A stretch of DNA of 53,890 nt from a virus (Duplodnaviria; Caudoviricetes), in the IMG/VR virus record IMGVR_UViG_3300047392_000215, positions 1 through 53,890 of that record. One strand, given 5' to 3'. Numbering within the stretch: position 1 is the stretch's first letter; each line of letters begins with the position of its first letter. The notes under the pieces were generated by a model. That model did no database searches. It saw only the letters and a program-made list of their open reading frames with translations, and was not told the origin of the DNA. Below are positions 40,641 to 47,568 of the stretch, one piece after another. The position numbers and the translations under genes were made by a program.

Positions 40641-40664
40641 ATACTAAAAAGTTTATTAATTCAA

Positions 40665-41357
40665 CTACTTATTATTGTCGAACTTCCATTTTTCATATCG
40701 GCGTACAATCTCTTGTAAGATTTCAGCTCGAACAATATCACTTTCACCAAATTGATGAACACCAACCCCTTTAACGCCAGTCATCAGCTCAATGAATTGC
40801 GGTAAAGATACTTTGCTTCTTTCAATATCATATTGACTAACGTCTCCGGCAATTACAACTTTACTGTCCTCTCCCATACGAGTAATGAATAGCATTAATT
40901 GTTTCCAATCGGCGTTTTGAGCTTCATCTAGAATCATGATAGCATCATCAAATGTATCTCCTCTCATATAAGCAAGAGGTTGAAATTCTACGGCACCAGA
41001 TCCTAATAAGATATGTGCTTCAGAGAACCCAATAATCTTTTCAATATTTGATGTAAATGATTTAATATAAGGTGCAATCTTTTCGTCAATTGTACCAGGC
41101 AAAAAACCTAATTTTTCACCAGCTTCCTGGATAGGTTTAGTTAAAATAATTCTTTTGATTTTCTTTTCTTTAAGTAACTTAATTGCTGCGTAACAAGCTG
41201 AGAAAGTCTTTGAAGTTCCAGCTGGACCGTAACAAAAGGTAACTTGATTTTTAAGGATTGTATCAACATATCCTTGTTGTGATTCTTTTAAATAAATCTT
41301 GTTTAAAGATTGTTCAACATTTTGAGAGCTTGTAGGTTTACCTTTTCTTGTAGTCAT
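40665..41357 (-). CDS. phoH: PhoH-family ATPase
   Basis: GPAGTSKT, EAGEKLGFLPG, PLAYMRG, ILDEAQN, TRMGEDSK, GDVSQYD, DIVR. Confidence 0.97.
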   Translation of the reverse strand: MTTRKGKPTSSQNVEQSLNKIYLKESQQGYVDTILKNQVTFCYGPAGTSKTFSACYAAIKLLKEKKIKRIILTKPIQEAGEKLGFLPGTIDEKIAPYIKSFTSNIEKIIGFSEAHILLGSGAVEFQPLAYMRGDTFDDAIMILDEAQNADWKQLMLFITRMGEDSKVVIAGDVSQYDIERSKVSLPQFIELMTGVKGVGVHQFGESDIVRAEILQEIVRRYEKWKFDNNK

Positions 41358-41371
41358 ATTTGTTTTTGTAT

Positions 41372-41632
41372 TTAATCACCAGCCATTATGACTAATGCTT
41401 TTAGTTTCATAAGAGTATCGCATTTTTCATACTCTTCCATTTTTTCAAAATATTCAATAAGTAGTTCGATGAATTTTGAGCGTTGCTTCATACCATGAGG
41501 TATTTCAATTAGGTCTTTTCCTTCCTGAAACACAATAAATCGGTTTACTGTTTTCGTGAAGTTACGGGTCAAAGTATAATAACTTGACCTCATAATGTTG
41601 TCCTTTTCTCTATTTGGTATGTTTTCGCTCAT
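41372..41632 (-). CDS. Small protein with a C-terminal UVR-like 'EEYEKC' motif (paralog 1)
   Basis: LLIEYFEKMEEYEKCDTLMKL. Confidence 0.65.
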   Translation of the reverse strand: MSENIPNREKDNIMRSSYYTLTRNFTKTVNRFIVFQEGKDLIEIPHGMKQRSKFIELLIEYFEKMEEYEKCDTLMKLKALVIMAGD

Positions 41633-41705
41633 TCTCAGTAAAAATCGTTCTTCACATTATATATTTCCAGGTATATACACCTTGTAATCAATAATGTAAA
41701 TTATA

Positions 41706-41903
41706 TTACGATTCTTTTTCTTTCTGAGTTTTTAAAGATTGAATATAAGTTGCCTTACGAACTTCATCTCTTCTTTCAACTGAAGGTTTAACAAATGTTT
41801 GCTTACCTCTTAGTTTTTGAATTTGTTTTGTTTTAACAACTTTACTCTTGTATTTTTTAAGAGCCTGTTCGATGTTTCCGTTTTTAACGTCTATTATAAG
41901 CAT
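41706..41903 (-). CDS. rpsU: Phage-encoded ribosomal protein bS21
   Basis: [21 protein letters not shown]...LR....FVKPSVERR....KATYIQ closely follows the Flavobacteriia bS21 pattern. Confidence 0.93.
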   Translation of the reverse strand: MLIIDVKNGNIEQALKKYKSKVVKTKQIQKLRGKQTFVKPSVERRDEVRKATYIQSLKTQKEKES

Positions 41904-42148
41904 ATTTCCTGTAGTATTTTTTTTAATTCAACACATTTTTCATACTCTTCTAAAGATTCAAACCAGCTAATTATAAAATTTAATGCTTCTATCTTCTCCT
42001 CACGTGTTGAATTTCCTTTTAGTGCACCTTGTTTTTTATTAATGATTGCATGATATACTAAATCCATCATTTTGTCCTTTGGTAGATTTTGTACTGCATT
42101 AAAAAAATTCAGGGCATCATCATCGATTTCTTGATTATGATTTTCCAT
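41894..42148 (-). CDS. Small protein with a C-terminal UVR-like 'EEYEKC' motif (paralog 2)
   Basis: [21 protein letters not shown]; probable start MENHNQ (42148), overlapping the dnaJ stop. Confidence 0.65.
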   Translation of the reverse strand: MENHNQEIDDDALNFFNAVQNLPKDKMMDLVYHAIINKKQGALKGNSTREEKIEALNFIISWFESLEEYEKCVELKKILQEICL

Positions 42149-42953
42149 TAGCCAATTCTTTAATTTTATTAACAAGATCGAGTTGTTCGTTATCTAAACA
42201 ATTAAAAATAGCATGCACTTTAATAAGTAAACTACCATGATCCTGTGTTTTATATATTGGCATTCCTTTGCTTGGAATTCTTAAAATTCTTTCAGAAGCC
42301 GTATTAGGTGGTATATTAACTTTGTATTTTCCAAATGGTGTTTCTACAGTCAGTTCAGTTCCTAAAATTAAATCATAGAATGGAACATAAGAATCCATCC
42401 AAATATCATGACCTTGTAAGATTAGATTGTCATCTGGTAGAATATTGATATTAATAATTAAGTCTCCACGAGGGGCAGTTGTGTTAAATCGATTGTAATC
42501 TCCGCGACCATAAACTTTTAATATCATGCCAGTATGTAGACCTGGTGCAAAGTCAACTCGAACTTTATCAAAACCTAAATCAAATACTCGACTAGTACCA
42601 TGATACGCATCATTAATATTAAATGTCGCATTGATTCTAACATCCTTTCCAGGAGCAGATTTTTCATGATTAAAATGTCTATCAAATTCAGTAGACCAGT
42701 TTCCGCCAAATTGACTGAATAGGTCATTGATATTAAAATTAGCACTTGAGAATTGGCGACTTAAATCATATTGTTGTCGCTTAGAAGGGTCTGAAAGAGT
42801 TTCATAGGCTTCTTGAACTGCCTGGAATTTCTCTTTAGATAATATGTCTGAATTTCGGTCAGGATGATATTGCTTCGCTAGATTGCGATATGCATTCTTA
42901 ATCTCGTCCTGCGTCGCCGTTTCCTGAACGCTTAATGTCTGATAATAACTCAT
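42135..42953 (-). CDS. DnaJ-class co-chaperone without zinc finger (CbpA-like)
   Basis: YYQTL...[15 protein letters not shown]...[16 protein letters not shown]-domain plus DnaJ C-terminal domain (RGDLII, ILG, KGMP, GSLLI). Confidence 0.95.
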   Translation of the reverse strand: MSYYQTLSVQETATQDEIKNAYRNLAKQYHPDRNSDILSKEKFQAVQEAYETLSDPSKRQQYDLSRQFSSANFNINDLFSQFGGNWSTEFDRHFNHEKSAPGKDVRINATFNINDAYHGTSRVFDLGFDKVRVDFAPGLHTGMILKVYGRGDYNRFNTTAPRGDLIININILPDDNLILQGHDIWMDSYVPFYDLILGTELTVETPFGKYKVNIPPNTASERILRIPSKGMPIYKTQDHGSLLIKVHAIFNCLDNEQLDLVNKIKELANGKS

Positions 42954-43095
42954 TCTTTTCTTTATTAAGCTGTTCTTTACGATATTCTATAATGGATTTC
43001 TTCTGATCTCGCTCAACGACATCAGCAATCCTCTTTAACTGAACTGTTAAAGCCATCATAGCGTCGATTAATTGGGTTTCCTTTGGTGTTGCCAT
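42898..43095 (-). CDS. Small coiled-coil hypothetical protein
   Basis: 65-aa ORF overlapping the dnaJ start; late-type motif at 43110. Confidence 0.5.
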   Translation of the reverse strand: MATPKETQLIDAMMALTVQLKRIADVVERDQKKSIIEYRKEQLNKEKNELLSDIKRSGNGDAGRD

Positions 43096-43126
43096 AATTA
43101 AATTGTTATGATATATTTATCTAAAT

Positions 43127-43154
43127 AAAAAAGGAAGCGGTTAGCTTCCTTTTT
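43127..43154 (-). terminator. Intrinsic terminator (potentially bidirectional)
   Basis: aaaaaggaagc-ggtta-gcttccttttt. Confidence 0.8.
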
Positions 43155-43458
43155 CTAGTTCGACTAGGTACTTTTTTAATAGTCCACATTTTTCATACTC
43201 TTCTAATTCGGCAAACCAGTTAAGCATAAACGTTAGTGTGTTCTTAAGCTCATCTTGGTTTAAGTTAATAAGCTTCATTTGGTCAACGTCGATACCATTA
43301 GCCTCGATGTTTTTAAAGTTAGCTCGAACCAATTGATCGACTACGTCATGGTACATTCCTTTAACTTCGTTTGTTTGCATAATTTGAGTTATTTCATCTT
43401 GTTCGTTTTCTTCGTTCTCTTCAAAGAAATCTTCGTTTTCAAAATCGTCGTTATACAT
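43141..43458 (-). CDS. Acidic small protein with a C-terminal UVR-like 'EEYEKC' motif (paralog 3)
   Basis: FMLNWFAELEEYEKCGLLKKY; behind the early promoter motif. Confidence 0.65.
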   Translation of the reverse strand: MYNDDFENEDFFEENEENEQDEITQIMQTNEVKGMYHDVVDQLVRANFKNIEANGIDVDQMKLINLNQDELKNTLTFMLNWFAELEEYEKCGLLKKYLVELEKGS

Positions 43459-43477
43459 TATTTATTAGTTTTAAATG

Positions 43478-43491
43478 ATATGTAAATATAA
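43478..43491 (-). promoter_or_regulatory. Putative early promoter core TTATATTTACATAT
   Basis: Exact copy of the 14-mer. Confidence 0.75.
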
Positions 43492-43531
43492 ACAATTTTT
43501 GCGACATAGAAAAACTTTTTGTGAAATATTT

Positions 43532-43897
43532 TTAAGAAATTTTCACTTTTTTCTTTTCAGGCGCCTTACCAAATGACAGTGATAATAAACCATCTTCCAT
43601 AGATGCTGTTACCTCATCACTTGCGTCATCTGCTAATAGCCAACTTCTTTTAAAAGATTTTCTAAATGGATTCTCATCCTCTTTTGAAATTTCAGCAGAT
43701 ACGATTAATGTTCTACCGTCAATACTAACATCGACGTCTTGTTTTGAAAAACCAGGTAGAGAAATATAAAGAATTCCATTTTCAACAATGTATCCTTTAT
43801 CTTCTGTAAACATTGTAGTTTTCCAGATTGGTTGTTCGAATTTTCCAAAAATGTCTTCGCACATTTTGTCGAAACTTGTTCCTCTTGTTGTAAACAT
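43532..43897 (-). CDS. Small heat-shock protein (Hsp20/alpha-crystallin)
   Basis: LPGFSKQDVDVSIDGRTLIVS...SFKRSW.L...VTASMEDGLLSL. Confidence 0.93.
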   Translation of the reverse strand: MFTTRGTSFDKMCEDIFGKFEQPIWKTTMFTEDKGYIVENGILYISLPGFSKQDVDVSIDGRTLIVSAEISKEDENPFRKSFKRSWLLADDASDEVTASMEDGLLSLSFGKAPEKKKVKIS

Positions 43898-43945
43898 AAT
43901 TTAATTTATTTTTAATTTCTGGCTTATGCCATTACTATAATATAC

Positions 43946-43985
43946 TCAAAAAGTGTGCCATTTGGTAAAATATGCCAAATTGTCA
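43946..43985 (-). promoter_or_regulatory. Putative sigma-54-type promoter (TGGCACACTTTTTGA) plus upstream imperfect palindrome TGACAATTTGGCA, ahead of hsp20
   Basis: Matches -24/-12 TGGCAC-N5-TTG(C) spacing at 43946-43960; palindrome at 43973-43985. Confidence 0.55.
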
Positions 43986-44714
43986 TTAATAACTTCTAAT
44001 AGGAGACATGTTGGCAAATTTCAACATTAAACTACCGGCTGCTTCAATATCCTCTTCGCAATAGTTTTTAATCTCTTCAATTCGTCCAGCATAAAAAGCT
44101 GCGCCAACTTCTCCGGCATTCATATCATCTTTAGGATTCTTAATTCCTAATAAGATACAAAGATGTGCTAGTGCTGCACTTGACCAACCACCCGCTTTCC
44201 ATACTTCATATGTATCAATAAGGCAGTTTTCCCAAGGTTTAACTTTATGTAAGTGAAGTTGTCTGGGTAATTCTATACTATGTAGAATGGACTTCTTAAT
44301 AATATAAGGTAAATCAAATCCCTTAATGTTGTGTCCAACCAGTTTAATACCAGGTGCCTTAAAGAATACTTGGTTCATAAAGTTAACAAAACTACTTAAT
44401 AAGTCTCTTTCGTCTTCTCCATAGAATGACTTCTTTTGCATAAATGGAATATCGTCATCATTAAACTTAATTTGACCAACTGAGATACAAACTATCCGTC
44501 CCCATTCTGCAGTTAAAGAAGCCTTTTGAAAATAAATATCTGAGCTTTCGGCATCCTTAAGTTCTACATCTTCTGCTCGAATAAACTTTTCTTTACGATC
44601 CCAGAAACTTATAAGCTCAGGATGAGATTCTTTTAATTCATCTAGAGTCTTAAATCCAGATGTCGTCTCGATATCGATGAACAACATCGATTTGATTTCT
44701 TCTTTACTATACAT
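43986..44714 (-). CDS. Predicted 3'-5' exonuclease (DEDD, PolB-exonuclease-like family)
   Basis: LFIDIET, GRIVCISVG, GHNIKGFDLPYI, KPWE, YCEED; start taken at MYSKEE (44714). Confidence 0.9.
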   Translation of the reverse strand: MYSKEEIKSMLFIDIETTSGFKTLDELKESHPELISFWDRKEKFIRAEDVELKDAESSDIYFQKASLTAEWGRIVCISVGQIKFNDDDIPFMQKKSFYGEDERDLLSSFVNFMNQVFFKAPGIKLVGHNIKGFDLPYIIKKSILHSIELPRQLHLHKVKPWENCLIDTYEVWKAGGWSSAALAHLCILLGIKNPKDDMNAGEVGAAFYAGRIEEIKNYCEEDIEAAGSLMLKFANMSPIRSY

Positions 44715-44988
44715 GTTTGAATTTTGTAATGGATGGAACTTCTTTAATAATGTCAAAGATTGAACAAGAGTAAATCCAATAAGGTCGACCCAATTTCATA
44801 GCATCTTCCTTTGAAGCTTCTACTGAAAATGAATACCATTTAACACCGTATGCCTTTGTTAAATTTGCGTTTTCTTCAAGTAGAGTACCGTGGAAAACTT
44901 GCATTTTAGCCCATGTGAATTCGTATAATTTACCGACTTTAGGATTTTTAACGTTAATTACCTGGATTTCTTTTTGTTTCTTTGCCAT
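44707..44988 (-). CDS. Hypothetical early protein (possible SH3-like barrel)
   Basis: 93-aa ORF behind the 14-bp motif. Confidence 0.6.
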   Translation of the reverse strand: MAKKQKEIQVINVKNPKVGKLYEFTWAKMQVFHGTLLEENANLTKAYGVKWYSFSVEASKEDAMKLGRPYWIYSCSIFDIIKEVPSITKFKHV

Positions 44989-45005
44989 ATATCTTCTAAT
45001 TTGTT

Positions 45006-45019
45006 ATATGTAAATATAA
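45006..45019 (-). promoter_or_regulatory. Putative early promoter core TTATATTTACATAT
   Basis: Exact copy of the 14-mer. Confidence 0.75.
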
Positions 45020-45088
45020 ACAAAATATTTCAAACGGTAAAATATTTTGTAAAGTATTTTCAAATTATATGAAAAAAAATGGAAAAGT

Positions 45089-45328
45089 TTAATCTAAGGT
45101 TTCAAAAGGATCTGCCCAGCTACGAATCGAGCGGACTTTAGTATACTGATCGTATGTTAAGTGGATTCCAATATATCCACCTGAAATAGAATACGGCGCA
45201 TCAGATTCATTAAACCAATACGGAGGAGGAGTATCAATCCTATCATTTAAGAAGTCAAATAGTTCATCCACTAGCATGTGGTGAACGTATATCGTTAGTA
45301 CCATACACTTGTTATTCGGATATCCCAT
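45089..45328 (-). CDS. Hypothetical protein
   Basis: 79-aa ORF abutting the ATP-grasp stop. Confidence 0.6.
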   Translation of the reverse strand: MGYPNNKCMVLTIYVHHMLVDELFDFLNDRIDTPPPYWFNESDAPYSISGGYIGIHLTYDQYTKVRSIRSWADPFETLD

Positions 45329-46273
45329 TTATTTTTGAACTTTCCAGTTAGGATTTTGTTTCGTGTTCTGCTTAGAATCCGCTTCTTTATACTGTTTTAA
45401 TAATTCAATAGTACTTGGTTCCATTGGAGCTTCATAATAGTCTTCAAAGATTCTTTGATAAACAATCGTAAGCACACCAAATAGAGTACCAGGCTCAGAA
45501 TTCATTTCAAACACATAAATATTTTCATCATTATCTTCTGCTAAATCAATTGCATAGAAGTCTAAATCTTGGTGAGCATCAGAGAAATATCTAATTGCTT
45601 TAATATGAGAGTCCTTGATGTCTTTAACATCTTTAAGAATATATGAAAAGTTAGTTTCCTTTTCTGGATCCTTCTTAGCGATATCTGCCGTTTCATCATC
45701 CATTGGAACTCTTTGGCACCATTGGATAATTTCATCTCTCCACATAAAATATCTATGCTCTTCAGCAATATCTATTTTTTCTGAGAAAGAAGAGAACTTA
45801 CTTAAATCTGCGTTTTCAAATTCTTTAGCATTATTAAATACAGTAATACCTAATCCACTATGTTCGTTGTCAGGTTTTGCAACAATAGGAAACTTAAGTT
45901 TACCAACATCATTTTTGTCGGTTGCAGTAGGAACAATATATCCACTATCAGCATGTTCCTTATAGAATTTTGCCTTTGAAACAATAGTTTCTCTAGCGTC
46001 AATTGTATTATAAACTTGGTATGGTTTAATCATACCGTTTTCTAAAAACTTTTCTAAAGTTTTTCTATCATAATTCAGGACGGGCATATCATCAAATTTT
46101 TCAATTGATTCCATGTCCATTGTTATAACATTCCAGTACTCTTTTGATTTGTATGCTGGACCCGTAATAAAAGAATCGTCAAGAACTTTTCTTCGAGTGA
46201 TACACACTTTCTTGAAATCATCCTTGACGATTGCTTCGTTTATAAATTGTTCAAATGTTAATAGAGATTTCAT
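45329..46273 (-). CDS. ATP-grasp (RimK-like) ligase with a putative capsid-targeting leader
   Basis: SKAKF, VPT, FPIVAKP...HSGLGI, EHR, DFYAIDL....IYVFEMNSEPG; starts MKSLLTFEQFINEA. Confidence 0.85.
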   Translation of the reverse strand: MKSLLTFEQFINEAIVKDDFKKVCITRRKVLDDSFITGPAYKSKEYWNVITMDMESIEKFDDMPVLNYDRKTLEKFLENGMIKPYQVYNTIDARETIVSKAKFYKEHADSGYIVPTATDKNDVGKLKFPIVAKPDNEHSGLGITVFNNAKEFENADLSKFSSFSEKIDIAEEHRYFMWRDEIIQWCQRVPMDDETADIAKKDPEKETNFSYILKDVKDIKDSHIKAIRYFSDAHQDLDFYAIDLAEDNDENIYVFEMNSEPGTLFGVLTIVYQRIFEDYYEAPMEPSTIELLKQYKEADSKQNTKQNPNWKVQK

Positions 46274-46290
46274 ACTCTATATATTAAATT

Positions 46291-46890
46291 TTATTTGTAG
46301 TGCTGACCACCTACCCAAAGTACAAAAGAACGACGAGTTCCTTTAGTAACAGGTTTTACTCTGTGCATTAAGTATGATGGAAATACAACAACATTTCCTT
46401 TTCCACGAGGTGCTTGGCGAATCCATTCTCCACCTCCCCATAATTCTAAATCTCCACCTTCATATTCATCAGCATCTGATAATTGAACAGTGATTGATAC
46501 TTTTCTTCTAGAAGCCATACCATTTCCAATATCTTGGTGCCATGTGTAATGACCTTCTTGGTCCGCATAGTACTCAGTATATTGAATAGATTCTGGTGCT
46601 GAAATTAAATCAAAACCCCAAAGAGCTTCATTAGCTTCGCTTGCCATTTGAGTTAACTTGTCATATAGCCAAGACCATTCATTAGATTGTGGAATCCATT
46701 TGATGCTAGAGCTTCTAACTGTTTTGTCTATTTCGGTTTCTTTACCACCGATAACAGTTGCTTTTTCAAAAGGAATTGTAGCAATGTCATTATAGATTTT
46801 GTTTAATTCGGCTGGTGTAAATCCTTTTTCAAACCAGTAATATTGTTGAGGATCATTTTCTGGTTGTACGTAAATGTTTTGAAAGTTCAT
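46291..46890 (-). CDS. 2OG-Fe(II) oxygenase (PKHD/prolyl-hydroxylase-like)
   Basis: YTWHQD, RKVSITVQLS, EYEGGDL, VFPSYLMHRVKPVTKGTRRSFVLW. Confidence 0.93.
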   Translation of the reverse strand: MNFQNIYVQPENDPQQYYWFEKGFTPAELNKIYNDIATIPFEKATVIGGKETEIDKTVRSSSIKWIPQSNEWSWLYDKLTQMASEANEALWGFDLISAPESIQYTEYYADQEGHYTWHQDIGNGMASRRKVSITVQLSDADEYEGGDLELWGGGEWIRQAPRGKGNVVVFPSYLMHRVKPVTKGTRRSFVLWVGGQHYK

Positions 46891-46893
46891 ATT

Positions 46894-47568
46894 TTATTTA
46901 TGTTTAGTTATTAAATTTTGTATTGCATTATCCCAATATTGATGTTCCTGTTGCATATGAGTATCTTCAAATTCTTTACTCGTAACCGATACATCTCCTG
47001 GAGTTTTAAGTCCTCTGATTTGATAGATTTTTCTACCTTTCAAATCTTTATTATAGAAATATAAGTAATCATCTCCAAAAAAGACTTTAAATTCATTTGG
47101 GATCTGAACATAATTAGCTTTCTTTAAAATCATCATACAACCAAATCCGTATACTCTACAATCTAGCTCTTCTAATTCTAAATTATCATTGTCAGAATTC
47201 ATTGAGTTAGAATTTAGACCGTCAATTATATTGTCATTATGTAATCCAATCATTCCAAAATCTGGATCAGTCTCTACAAATTTTTTAAAATTATTTAAGA
47301 GACAATCAACATTTAAAGAAATATCATCGTTCAACAGGCAAATATAATTGTTCTTTGCTAGCGTTGCTCCAATATTCCACGCTGGATTGACATAGATATT
47401 ATTTTTTACTCTAATCACTGTGATCCTAGGATCATTTGTAGAAAAGTTCGAATTTAGATTATCTATTATGATTAGTTCTATGTCCTTTCGGTCAGATTTA
47501 ATAATAGATTCTATTGTCCCTTTAATTTTATCAGATTTCCAAAGAGTCGGTATTATAAATGTTATCAT
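46894..47568 (-). CDS. Glycosyltransferase family 2 (GT-A)
   Basis: ITFIIPT, ELIIIDN, NPAWNIG, CLLNDDI, FGDD. Confidence 0.9.
   Translation of the reverse strand: MITFIIPTLWKSDKIKGTIESIIKSDRKDIELIIIDNLNSNFSTNDPRITVIRVKNNIYVNPAWNIGATLAKNNYICLLNDDISLNVDCLLNNFKKFVETDPDFGMIGLHNDNIIDGLNSNSMNSDNDNLELEELDCRVYGFGCMMILKKANYVQIPNEFKVFFGDDYLYFYNKDLKGRKIYQIRGLKTPGDVSVTSKEFEDTHMQQEHQYWDNAIQNLITKHK

Noticed and set aside
21651-43897. Bacterial chromosome origin suggested by rpsA, rpsU, rnhB, phoH and dnaJ
   Set aside because: These genes are shortened or diverged, lack their usual bacterial operon neighbours, and sit among T4-like baseplate/neck genes on a single coding strand.
37659-45019. Repeated 14-mer as a CRISPR repeat or mobile-element end
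   Set aside because: Copies are dispersed, each sits at a fixed distance before a start codon, and there is no regular spacer array or transposase.
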